From: an uncultured Gammaproteobacteria bacterium
GTDB lineage: Bacteria; Patescibacteriota; Microgenomatia; UBA8517
Assembly (NCBI GenBank): GCA_964395115.1
Contig: CAYMZX010000007.1
Location: 1-54,495, forward strand
Reading direction: 5' to 3'
Length of the DNA: 54,495 nucleotides
Of this stretch, positions 9,687 through 18,750 are shown one piece after another. Position 1 is the first letter of the stretch. The number at the start of each line of letters is the position of its first letter. The notes under the pieces were generated by a model. That model saw only the letters and a list, made by a program, of their open reading frames with translations, was not told the origin of the DNA and did not search any database. The position numbers were made by a program, and so were the translations under genes.

Positions 9687-10096
9687 AAAAAAACAAACGA
9701 GCCGGACAGACATCAAAGAAAGTAAAGAAATCAACTTTCTTTGAGCCAGCCGGCTCGGTTTTTCTAAAGGAACCGGATAGAGTGGAATGGGAGGTCACCG
9801 CTGCCCATAATCCGGTTCCTTACCCCAACCGACCTTTCGGTCGGAAATGGGTGGCGGAGAGGTTTCCGCAGAAAGAGAAGACCGGCCCCAGACCTGCCTG
9901 CTCCATCCGCTTAGCCTCTCCATGAGAGGAGTTAAACAGGGTTTAGTCCCTACTACTCCCGATTTAAATGAACTTTTTTATCAGGCTTTTGCCGTTTTGC
10001 AATTCGGCCGCCTGTTATTTTTCTGAACAGGAAACAGGTTATTACCCGTCTCCTGTTCTGGAGGAGAGGAAACGCCAGTGGCGTCCTGCCGTCACA
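9687..10096 (-). ncRNA. Candidate novel ~410-nt structured ncRNA
   Basis: Minus-strand promoter TTGACC-16-TATAAT (10103-10130), about eight hairpins including one with a GAAA tetraloop, and a final stem plus U-tract. No credible ORF. Confidence 0.6.
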
Positions 10097-10153
10097 AGAC
10101 AAATTATACCTCAAATTAATTTGAGGTCAAGATTTGCTAAAATGCCTATATAA

Positions 10154-10591
10154 ATGCGGCTTGTTATTCAAAGAGTTAAAAAGGCAACCGTTAAAGTTAA
10201 AGGCAGGGTTGTCGGCAATATCGGAAGGGGGTATTTAGTGTTGGTGGGAATTAAGAAGAGCGATGGCCGAAGCGAAGCCGAGTTATTGGCGGAAAAACTC
10301 TCCAAATTGCGAGTGATGGCCGACGAAAATGACAAAATGAATCTTTCTATAAAAGAAGCGGGAGGAGAAATCTTGGTGGTTTCCCAATTTACTCTTTATG
10401 CCGACACTTCCGGGGGCAATCGTCCATCTTTCATCGAAGCGGCCGATCCTAAATTGGCCAGGGACGTTTATGAATATTTTATCTACAAACTCAAAGAGAA
10501 GGAAATAAGGATTGAAACCGGGAGTTTTGGAGACTATATGGAAATCAGCGCCCTTCTTGACGGACCAGTAACTATCAATTTGGAAGCTTAA
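10154..10591 (+). CDS. dtd: D-aminoacyl-tRNA deacylase
   Basis: MRLVIQRV, VSQFTL, GNRPSF, DGPVT. Confidence 0.97.
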   Translation: MRLVIQRVKKATVKVKGRVVGNIGRGYLVLVGIKKSDGRSEAELLAEKLSKLRVMADENDKMNLSIKEAGGEILVVSQFTLYADTSGGNRPSFIEAADPKLARDVYEYFIYKLKEKEIRIETGSFGDYMEISALLDGPVTINLEA

Positions 10592-10611
10592 AATTTCCTT
10601 CGCTATTAACT

Positions 10612-10654
10612 ATCAAAAGGGTGTTCGACCTCTAGAGCCGAATACCCTTTTGAT
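10612..10654. terminator. Bidirectional intrinsic terminator
   Basis: ATCAAAAGGGTGTTCG...CGAATACCCTTTTGAT between convergent genes. Confidence 0.75.
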
Positions 10655-10671
10655 TTATTTCAAGATCGTTG

Positions 10672-10806
10672 TTATCCTCCGATCTTGAACATGGTCGTGC
10701 CGCAAACTTCACAGACGGCCTTAGTTGCTTTCTTGCCGTTTTTCATTGTTACTGATTGTTGATTCTTGCCTTCTCTTTTAGCGCGACACTTAACACAATA
10801 CATCAT
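10672..10806 (-). CDS. Small zinc-ribbon protein, DUF5679-like (44 aa)
   Basis: Below the ORF-track cutoff: MMYCVKCRAKREGKNQQSVTMKNGKKATKAVCEVCGTTMFKIGG, with SD AAGGAGGTG at 10818-10826. Confidence 0.85.
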   Translation of the reverse strand: MMYCVKCRAKREGKNQQSVTMKNGKKATKAVCEVCGTTMFKIGG

Positions 10807-10840
10807 TTTTCTAATTTCACCTCCTTCCTGGAGGACAGCT

Positions 10841-11122
10841 TTAAAGCCAAGCTAAGTATAGCACTACTTCGATTCCAAGAATAAGGCAGGCCAAAAAAAG
10901 ACTTTTTAGAAGATCACGCTTAATTGAGGCTAAAGTACCATTTTGTGCCAGAATATTGACATTTTTTGATGTTTCGCTATCTTTGGAATCAACTCCGAGC
11001 TCGGTTTTCAATTGCCTCTTGACATTGTGCTCAAATTGACTTTCGGTGGCTTTATCAGACCAACTATAAAGAAATTGATGACGAGCATTAATCTTATCTT
11101 CTCTGGTCCTTCTAATGGCCAT
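10841..11122 (-). CDS. Hypothetical protein with C-terminal TM helix (93 aa)
   Basis: Start moved to ATG 11122 (MAIRRTREDK) to avoid overlap with the next gene; hydrophobic C-terminus. Confidence 0.6.
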   Translation of the reverse strand: MAIRRTREDKINARHQFLYSWSDKATESQFEHNVKRQLKTELGVDSKDSETSKNVNILAQNGTLASIKRDLLKSLFLACLILGIEVVLYLAWL

Positions 11123-11208
11123 TTTCCTAATCTTTCCATAAATACTACCTTGACACAACTTTTTCAAGGTGCAACAATGTTTGAGCTCAAATATTACTCG
11201 GAAGTCGA

Positions 11209-11664
11209 ATGGATCAACAATCTTTAACTTTATTGGGAATTGGAATTTGGCTAGTAGCTCTTTCAATAATTCTTTTTCTGTTTTTAAATTTTTTCCGACG
11301 TCTGACAAAAGGAGTGAAAGAAGTTGACTTGGTCAAGGTCTTGGAAAAAATTTTGAAAGAGCAGTCCAACAGCAAAAAGGCGATTGACGAGCTTGGAAAA
11401 AAGATTAATTTTTTGGAAGAAAAGGCCAGGGGACATGTCCAAAAAGTAGGATTAGTTCGGTTTAATCCATTTAAGGAGACGGGGGGCAGCCATAGTTTTT
11501 CTTTGGCGCTACTGGATGGAACCGAGACGGGAGTTGTTATTACAGGACTGCATACCCGGGAGAGAACCAGGATTTATATAAAGTCAATAAAGAATGGTAG
11601 AAGTGAATTGGAGCTTTCGGAAGAGGAAAGAAAAGCTTTAATTAAAGCCCAGAGGGAAAATTAA
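11209..11664 (+). CDS. DUF4446 family protein
   Basis: N-terminal TM, QKVGLVRFNPF..GG..SFSLALLD, LSEEE. Confidence 0.85.
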   Translation: MDQQSLTLLGIGIWLVALSIILFLFLNFFRRLTKGVKEVDLVKVLEKILKEQSNSKKAIDELGKKINFLEEKARGHVQKVGLVRFNPFKETGGSHSFSLALLDGTETGVVITGLHTRERTRIYIKSIKNGRSELELSEEERKALIKAQREN

Positions 11665-12873
11665 ATGAAAAACCTGAAAGGAAAAATTGTCGGATTGATA
11701 ACCAGTAAAAGCTTTACTCTGGCCTTGAGTTTTATTGGTCTTTATCTCTTATCTTCTGGCATTTCGTTGGCAATATTTTCTTTTCTGAAGGAATCGCCGA
11801 ATATTATCTCCGAAGATATTAAAAAAGGTCGTTCTAAAATCAATCTTAATCTTCCCAAAACAGAAGTTTGCCCTATCAATGGTAGTAAATTTACCAAGGC
11901 AGAAAGAGAAATTTGGGAACAAAGACGACCCTTGGCAATAATACTTGAAAACCATGTCGATTCTCGTCCTCCATCCGGACTTATTAAAGCAGACGTTGTT
12001 TATGAGATTGTTGCCGAAGGAGGAATAACCAGATTCCTAGGGATTTTTTACTGTGGGATAGCAGCCGAGGATGTTCAGGTTGCCCCAGTTAGAAGTGCAA
12101 GAATTTACTTTATCGATTACGCTTCAGAATATGGAGATAAACCGATTTTTATGCATGTTGGCGGAGCTAATAATTATTCAGGATCGGGAGACACTAGCAA
12201 AGAGGTCAGGGCACTGGAAACTTTGGAAGCTCTTGGTTGGAGAGTGCCTAAGGGGAATGATTTCGATACTACCTACGACGCCGGCTTCCCTGTTTTCTGG
12301 AGAAATTATGAGAGGCTTGATCGTCAGGTTGCCACCGAACATACAATGATGGCCTCGACCGACGCCGCCTATAAAGAGGCGGAAAAGCGGGGGCTTGGTT
12401 ATAAAGATAAAAAAGGGATTGCTTGGGATGAAAATTTTGTTTATTGGAATTTTGAAGAGGATAAACCCCAATCTCCAATTGCCACGGAGATATCTTTCGG
12501 ATTTTGGGACAACAAGCCCGATTACGAAGTTACGTGGAAATATGAGCCGGCAAATAACCGTTATTTAAGATTTAATGGCGGCAAGGAACATATGGATCTG
12601 GCTTATAAAGAACAGCTTTTTGCTAAAAATGTGGTGGTTATTTTTGCCAAGGAGAAGGGACCAGTTGACAGAAACGCTCATATGTTCTATACAACAACAG
12701 GTACGGGCAAGGCTTTGGTTTTTAAGAATGGCGTCGTTGTAGAGGGAACCTGGAAAAAAGAGTCTCGAACAGCCAGGACAAAGTTTTTTGACTCAACAGG
12801 AGGCGAGATATCTTTTGTCGGAGGCCCGATCTGGGTAGAGGTTATTCCTGCCGGAAATGAAGTAAGTTATTAG
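11665..12873 (+). CDS. DUF3048 domain protein (YerB-like)
   Basis: RPLAIILEN, ADVVYE..AEGGITRF, PVRSAR motifs; N-terminal TM. Confidence 0.88.
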   Translation: MKNLKGKIVGLITSKSFTLALSFIGLYLLSSGISLAIFSFLKESPNIISEDIKKGRSKINLNLPKTEVCPINGSKFTKAEREIWEQRRPLAIILENHVDSRPPSGLIKADVVYEIVAEGGITRFLGIFYCGIAAEDVQVAPVRSARIYFIDYASEYGDKPIFMHVGGANNYSGSGDTSKEVRALETLEALGWRVPKGNDFDTTYDAGFPVFWRNYERLDRQVATEHTMMASTDAAYKEAEKRGLGYKDKKGIAWDENFVYWNFEEDKPQSPIATEISFGFWDNKPDYEVTWKYEPANNRYLRFNGGKEHMDLAYKEQLFAKNVVVIFAKEKGPVDRNAHMFYTTTGTGKALVFKNGVVVEGTWKKESRTARTKFFDSTGGEISFVGGPIWVEVIPAGNEVSY

Positions 12874-12896
12874 TTAATTGCTCCTGCCCCCTAACA

Positions 12897-13481
12897 ATGG
12901 CTGAACTTTCAGACATCATTACTTCAAAAGTAAGAATAAAAATATTGGAGTTGTTCTATTCCAATTTGGGTGAAATGTACCATGTTCGGGGGATCGTTAG
13001 AGAAGTCGGGGAAGAAATAAATGCGGTCAGGCGTGAACTGGAAAAACTTGAATCAGTAGGAATTCTTAAAAAAGAGCCGCGAGGAAATAGGGTTTACTAT
13101 TGGCTTCGCCACGACTATCCTTTTTTCGGAGATTTATTGAGTCTAATTTCAAAAACGACCGGATTGGGTAAAAATATCATTGAGGCGCGTAACAAAATTG
13201 GCAAGATTAACTCGGTCATGTTCTCAGGAAGGTTTGTTAGGGGTAAACCTAGAAAGAACGAAGAAGACGTCGATATCTTAATAGTTGGGGAGGTTGTTTT
13301 GCCCGAATTAGCAACTTTGATTAGACTCGAAGAAAGTAAGCGTGGTAAGGAGATTAATTATACGGTAATGAGCAAGGAAGAATTTGAATTCAGAAAAAAG
13401 CGTCGTGACCCTTTCCTTTCGGGAATTTTATCTGGCAGTCGGGTGATGGTAATTGGGGATGAAGAGGAGCTGGTTGGATAA
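12897..13481 (+). CDS. Winged-HTH plus nucleotidyltransferase-like domain protein
   Basis: INAVRRELEKL..GIL HTH; DVDILIVG and REINY-like KEINY motif. Confidence 0.7.
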   Translation: MAELSDIITSKVRIKILELFYSNLGEMYHVRGIVREVGEEINAVRRELEKLESVGILKKEPRGNRVYYWLRHDYPFFGDLLSLISKTTGLGKNIIEARNKIGKINSVMFSGRFVRGKPRKNEEDVDILIVGEVVLPELATLIRLEESKRGKEINYTVMSKEEFEFRKKRRDPFLSGILSGSRVMVIGDEEELVG

Positions 13482-13482
13482 A

Positions 13483-14811
13483 ATGCCAGGAATATCTGCC
13501 CCCTTAAAGAAAATATTTTTTATTTTTCTCCTTTTTATTTTAGCGGCTATAATCAGTCTTCCTAAAGAATTCGCATTATTTGGTAGGAAATTCAATCGTC
13601 CCGATTTAGATATCGAGACGGGAAAGATTTCAATTCACAAAAAATTCGATTTAGTTTTGGGGTTAGATTTGGCTGGAGGTAGTCATTTGGTATTCGAAGC
13701 CGATTTGGAGAAAGTAGCGGCAGCTGATCGAAAAGATGCCCTGGCGGCTGCCAAAAACATTATTGAACAAAGAGTTAACTTTCTGGGGGTTTCCGAGCCA
13801 AATGTTCAGACAGCATCTTTTGGAGGAAAGGAAAGGATTATTGTAGAATTGCCGGGAGTTAAAGATACTAAAGCCGCAGCCGGGCTTATTGGCAGGACAG
13901 CCCAGCTTGATTTTCGAGAGTTCATTGATCCTCAAGAGGCTACTCGCGGGGCAACTTTAGTCAATACCCGTTCGACCGGTTTTACAGGCGCCGATTTCAA
14001 AAAAGCAACCCCAGATTTTGATAGGCAAGCAGGTCGACCAATCATTACTTTCGAAATAAAATCTGAATCGGCGGAGAAATTCGGAGAAATATCCACCAGA
14101 CTGGTTGGCAAACCACTGGTAATATTTTTAGACGCCAGCCCTATCTCTTGGCCGATTGTTCAAGAGCCAATTACCGGCGGTAGAGGACAAATTTCTGGAA
14201 GTTTTACTGTAGAGGAAACAAAACTCCTAGCTAAATTGCTTAATGCCGGTGCTTTGCCTGTTCCGATCAAGTTGGTCGAGGAAAGAACCGTTGGTGCGAC
14301 GCTTGGTACGGAGTCGGTAGCCAGAAGCATCAAAGCAGGGGTAGTTGGACTGATAATGGTTTTATCCTTTATGGCCCTTGCCTACGGGAAGCTGGGATTG
14401 GTGGCAAACGCGGGGCTTGTTATTTTTGGCGTTTTGACCCTAGCCTTGTATAAGCTTATTCCGGTTGTACTTACCCTTCCCGGTATTGCCGGATTTCTTC
14501 TTTCCGTCGGAATGGCGGTGGATTCGAATATTTTAATATTTGAAAGGTTCAAAGAGGAAAGATTAAAGCGTCCGATTGCTGATGCTTTGGAGGTTTCCTT
14601 CGGTAGAGCCTGGGATTCTATCCGCGATGCCAACATTGCTACTCTGGTGACTGCCTTCGTTTTAGCCAACCCCCTTGATTGGCCTTTTCTTCACACCTCG
14701 GGACCCGTCAGAGGTTTTGCCGTAACTTTGGCTCTAGGAATTGCTATCGGACTATTCACCGGCATCGTGGTTTCGAGAAATCTTTTAAGGGTTTTTATAA
14801 GACAAAAATAA
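13483..14811 (+). CDS. secD: Protein translocase subunit SecD
   Basis: LGLDLAGG, IIVELPG, GALP, TLPGIAG..LSVGMAVDSNILIFER. Confidence 0.96.
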   Translation: MPGISAPLKKIFFIFLLFILAAIISLPKEFALFGRKFNRPDLDIETGKISIHKKFDLVLGLDLAGGSHLVFEADLEKVAAADRKDALAAAKNIIEQRVNFLGVSEPNVQTASFGGKERIIVELPGVKDTKAAAGLIGRTAQLDFREFIDPQEATRGATLVNTRSTGFTGADFKKATPDFDRQAGRPIITFEIKSESAEKFGEISTRLVGKPLVIFLDASPISWPIVQEPITGGRGQISGSFTVEETKLLAKLLNAGALPVPIKLVEERTVGATLGTESVARSIKAGVVGLIMVLSFMALAYGKLGLVANAGLVIFGVLTLALYKLIPVVLTLPGIAGFLLSVGMAVDSNILIFERFKEERLKRPIADALEVSFGRAWDSIRDANIATLVTAFVLANPLDWPFLHTSGPVRGFAVTLALGIAIGLFTGIVVSRNLLRVFIRQK

Positions 14812-14818
14812 CTCTGTT

Positions 14819-15712
14819 ATGAATTGGATGAAATACCGGCTGGTTTACTTTTTAATATCAACCTTCGCAATTGGTATCGGAATATTCGGCCTTATTAAAT
14901 GGGGATTGCTTTTCGGAGTTGATTTTAAAGGCGGCGCGATAATAGAATATTTGCTTCCTCGAGAGATTTCTACCGAAGAAGCCACCAGGGCAATAGAAAA
15001 CAATGGGGTTTCGGTAACCTCTATCCAGAGAACAGAAACCTCTTACCTTATTAAAGTTCCGCCTATTTCCGGCGATGAGAAAGATAGAATTTTTGCCGCT
15101 CTCGAGAATATCGCCGGAGGAAAACCCGAGGAGTTGAGATTTGAAAATGTTGGCCCTTCGATTGGACCGGATTTAATTAAGAAGACATTTTGGGCAATGG
15201 GAATTGCCGCGATCTCAATTCTCTTTTGGGTTGCCATTCAGTTTAAGAGTTTAAAATTTGGAATCAGTGCAATTTTGGCAATGACCCACGACAGTCTAGT
15301 ATTAGTTGGTAGTTTTTCCCTTCTTGGCCACTTTTTTGGTGCTGAGGTTGATTTTCTTTTCGTGACAGCAGCTCTTACCGTACTTTCCTTTTCCGTACAT
15401 GACACGATTGTTGTTTATGATCGGATCAGGGAATCGCAACGGAAGTACGGCGGGGAGTTGATTGATTTGGTCAATAGGGCGGTTACCGAAACAATGGTTA
15501 GATCTCTAAATAATTCCTTTACCATAATATTCATGCTGGTCGCTCTTGTTCTTTTGGGGGGATCGACTATCAAATGGTTCGCTATCGCCCTTCTTATTGG
15601 GACAATTTCCGGGACTTATTCGTCTCCTTTTGTGGCTGTTCCTGTCTTGGTGACTTGGGATGAGTTGCAAAAAAAAGAAGCGAAAGAATTAAAGTTCTCG
15701 AAGTCTCCTTAA
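14819..15712 (+). CDS. secF: Protein translocase subunit SecF
   Basis: GVDFKGG, VGPSIG, HDTIVVYDRIRE, GTYSS. Confidence 0.96.
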   Translation: MNWMKYRLVYFLISTFAIGIGIFGLIKWGLLFGVDFKGGAIIEYLLPREISTEEATRAIENNGVSVTSIQRTETSYLIKVPPISGDEKDRIFAALENIAGGKPEELRFENVGPSIGPDLIKKTFWAMGIAAISILFWVAIQFKSLKFGISAILAMTHDSLVLVGSFSLLGHFFGAEVDFLFVTAALTVLSFSVHDTIVVYDRIRESQRKYGGELIDLVNRAVTETMVRSLNNSFTIIFMLVALVLLGGSTIKWFAIALLIGTISGTYSSPFVAVPVLVTWDELQKKEAKELKFSKSP

Positions 15713-17035
15713 AAGAACCGTCCTTTCATTTTCTATTTTCTTCTCAACGACTTCTTCAAAAAGTATTTTTAGTATTTCTCCGACTCTTGGTCCAGGAGAA
15801 AGTCCGAGAGTTTTCATTACATCATTGCCGTCGATTTTTAGATCCTTGATTGAGAATGGCTGTTTTTGGACTTCGATAAGACGCTTTTTAAATTCTTCAA
15901 GTCTCCACGATGTTTCTCTGGCCCCCCCTCCCAGTCTGTCAGCCACCCTTAATTCAAGTATGTCAGGTACATTTTCCGGGCCCACGTTTCTTATAAATCT
16001 TCTAATGGCGGAGTCGGTTTGTTTTTCATCCACAGTAAATTGATGGAATCGAACAAGGGTTAAAAGTTTCTTCCTTTCTTTATTAGATAACCTGAGTCGG
16101 TCGGCAATATTGGCTACCATTTTTGTTCCAACGACCTCGTGGTTATAAAAAGTGATAACCCCATTTTCAAGTTTTTTATAAGTTTGGGGTTTACCAATGT
16201 CATGGAGAAGAACGGCGAAGCGGACAATCGGGTCGGAAGTTTTACAGGCCTTTAAAGACATTAGGAGATGGGTTCCCACGTCATAGATATGGTGTCTACG
16301 AGGAGACTTTTGTTCAACACCAAAACATTTTTCTAATTCCGGTAAGATTTCTGCCATCAGAGAAGAATTCCGAAAAAGCGTTATCCCTTCGAAAGGATGA
16401 GAAGAGGCAAGAATTTTAAAAAGCTCTTCTTTGATTCTCTCTTTAGCAATTTTATTGATTAAAGAAACATTCTTCTTAATTGCGCTGAAAGTTTTCTCTT
16501 CAATGGTGAAACCAAGCTCGGCGGCTATCCTTATTGCTCTCATCATTCTTAAAGCATCCTCTGAAAATCTTTCGTCGGGATTTCCGACTGCCCTAATAAG
16601 TTTTGCTTTTAGATCCTCTTGTCCGTTATAGAGGTCTATTAGTTCAAAATCTTGATCTTCAATTTTTCGGAGGGCCATAGCATTGATGGTAAAATCTCGT
16701 CGTTTGAGATCATCGCTTAAGTTTTTGCCCCAGATAACTTTATCCGGCCTTCTTACATCGGAATATCCAAATTCGCGCCGGAAAGTAGTTATTTCAAATG
16801 GATTTTTTTCCGAAGGATCGGCAATACCGACAGTACCAAAAATATTGTCATAGAATCCCTCGGGGAAAAGCTTGAGAATCTGCTCGGGAGTAGCGTTGGT
16901 GGTAAAATCCCAGTCATCGACTATTTTCCCCATTAAGATATCGCGGACGGCGCCTCCGACAATGTAAATTTCAAAATTGGCTTTTTCAAATTTTTCGAGG
17001 ATTTCTAAAACAAGCCTTGGAAGTTGGACTTTCAT
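15689..17035 (-). CDS. cca: CCA-adding enzyme / poly(A) polymerase family with HD domain
   Basis: VGGAVRD, DWDFTT, RRDFTINAMA, EDALR, LLHDIGKP. ATG 17035 lies 9 nt after TATAAT. Confidence 0.9.
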   Translation of the reverse strand: MKVQLPRLVLEILEKFEKANFEIYIVGGAVRDILMGKIVDDWDFTTNATPEQILKLFPEGFYDNIFGTVGIADPSEKNPFEITTFRREFGYSDVRRPDKVIWGKNLSDDLKRRDFTINAMALRKIEDQDFELIDLYNGQEDLKAKLIRAVGNPDERFSEDALRMMRAIRIAAELGFTIEEKTFSAIKKNVSLINKIAKERIKEELFKILASSHPFEGITLFRNSSLMAEILPELEKCFGVEQKSPRRHHIYDVGTHLLMSLKACKTSDPIVRFAVLLHDIGKPQTYKKLENGVITFYNHEVVGTKMVANIADRLRLSNKERKKLLTLVRFHQFTVDEKQTDSAIRRFIRNVGPENVPDILELRVADRLGGGARETSWRLEEFKKRLIEVQKQPFSIKDLKIDGNDVMKTLGLSPGPRVGEILKILFEEVVEKKIENERTVLLRRLREL

Positions 17036-17070
17036 GGCTAACCTATTATACTTCATTCAAAGGAGAATAA

Positions 17071-18750
17071 GTGAGTACGGAAAAAAAGTTAAAAAAGTGG
17101 GAAACGTTAGATAAAACCCCATTAATTCGAGATTCAGAAAAAATTATTAATATTCTGCTTAAGAATCGGGGAATAAAAGGAAAGAAAGAGAAAGAAGAAT
17201 TTTTCAATCCTAAAAATCCTTTGAAAATTGGCCTTAAAGAGTTGGGGATTGATAAAAAAGCCTTGGGAAAGGCCATCAGGGCGGTAAAGTCGGTAGTTAA
17301 AAAAAATCAAATGATAGTCATTTACGGAGATTACGATGTGGATGGAATTTGCGGGACCGGAATACTTTTTGAAACCCTCTACGCTTTTACAAAAAATGTC
17401 CACCCCCACTTGCCGGATAGATTTTCCGAAGGATACGGATTAAATCCTTCCAGTGTAAAAAAACTTAAAGAAGATCATCCTTCTTTGGGCTTGATCGTTA
17501 CCGTCGATAACGGTATAAGTGCGTTTGAAGGAATTAAGAAAGCCGAAGAGTTAAGAATTGGAATCATTATTTGTGACCACCATCATAAAAAAGGCAGGAC
17601 ACCGAAATGCATCGCCAGTCTTTATACCAACAAGATAAGCGGGGCCGCCATTGCCTGGATTTTTGCTAGAGAAATAAGAAAGACGCTTAAAATCAAATCA
17701 GAGAAACTGAAAAGAGGAGACGGATTAGAATTAGCCGCCCTAGGAACAATTGCCGACCAAATGCCCCTGATCGGATTAAATCGCTCCTTCGCTTGGCACG
17801 GAATTACTGCTTTAAGAGAAACAACCAGACCCGGACTCTTAGCCCTCTATAAACAATCGGGGATATCCAAAGAAATAATTGGCTCTTATGAAGTTAATTA
17901 CATAATTGCCCCCCGACTTAATGCCGCTGGCAGACTTGAACATGCTCTCAACTCCCTCCGTCTAATATGTACTCCCAAATATGAAACCGCCAAAGAACTG
18001 GCGGAATATTTGGGAAGAGTAAATGCCAAAAGGCAGAAAATTCTGGAGGAAACATTTATCCACGCTAGAGATTCGGTTGGAAAAGTAGCAGGTAAAAAAA
18101 TTTTGGTCCTAGCCCACGAGACCTACCATGAAGGGGTCATCGGTTTAGCGGCCAGTAAGCTGGTTGAAGAATTTCATCGGCCGGCGATCCTAATAGCCAA
18201 AGGCAAAGAAGAGGCTAAAGGTTCGGGGAGGTCAATTCCAGGTTTTAATTTATTTGAGGCTCTGTCCAGACTGAACGGATTTCCAATCCGCTGGGGAGGT
18301 CACAAAATGGCCGCTGGTTTTACTATTTCTTCAGAAGACATAGAAATTTTTTCGAAGAAGATAGAGAAAATTGCTGACGAACTTTTGAAAGAGGAAGATT
18401 TAAGGAAGAGATTAAGGATAGACGCCAAAATAAATTTTTCCGCAATCAACCTTAAACTAGTTGAAGAAATTAGGAAATTCGAACCTACCGGGGTTGGAAA
18501 TCCTACTCCTACTTTCAGCACAAAAAATGTAAAAATTGTAAATGCCAGCATTGTTGGCCGTGACAGAAAGCACCTCAAACTCCTTCTTGAAGAATCTGGG
18601 ATCACCTTCTCGGCTATTGCTTTTGGTCAGGGAGATTTGTTTTCTAATCTTTCGCCCAAACACCTATATAATATTGCCTACACTCTTTCCCTAGATGAAT
18701 GGAATGATCAAAAAAGGATTGAATTAAAGATAAAGGATATTAAATCATGA
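17071..18750 (+). CDS. recJ: ssDNA exonuclease RecJ
   Basis: YGDYDVDG, TVDNG, DHH, GTIAD, PRLNAAGR, GGHKMAAG. Confidence 0.96.
   Translation: MSTEKKLKKWETLDKTPLIRDSEKIINILLKNRGIKGKKEKEEFFNPKNPLKIGLKELGIDKKALGKAIRAVKSVVKKNQMIVIYGDYDVDGICGTGILFETLYAFTKNVHPHLPDRFSEGYGLNPSSVKKLKEDHPSLGLIVTVDNGISAFEGIKKAEELRIGIIICDHHHKKGRTPKCIASLYTNKISGAAIAWIFAREIRKTLKIKSEKLKRGDGLELAALGTIADQMPLIGLNRSFAWHGITALRETTRPGLLALYKQSGISKEIIGSYEVNYIIAPRLNAAGRLEHALNSLRLICTPKYETAKELAEYLGRVNAKRQKILEETFIHARDSVGKVAGKKILVLAHETYHEGVIGLAASKLVEEFHRPAILIAKGKEEAKGSGRSIPGFNLFEALSRLNGFPIRWGGHKMAAGFTISSEDIEIFSKKIEKIADELLKEEDLRKRLRIDAKINFSAINLKLVEEIRKFEPTGVGNPTPTFSTKNVKIVNASIVGRDRKHLKLLLEESGITFSAIAFGQGDLFSNLSPKHLYNIAYTLSLDEWNDQKRIELKIKDIKS

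Noticed and set aside
9687-10096. tmRNA, SRP RNA, 6S RNA or group II intron identity for the structured region
   Set aside because: No T-arm or pairing acceptor stem (GGGGCCG and CUCCGCCA do not pair), no SRP domain IV motif, multi-hairpin rather than rod-shaped, and no domain V.
9795-10153. 42-codon minus-strand ORF (9923-9795) and 61-aa plus-strand ORF (9968-10153)
   Set aside because: No SD or leaderless context and no protein-like features; they run through strong RNA helices.
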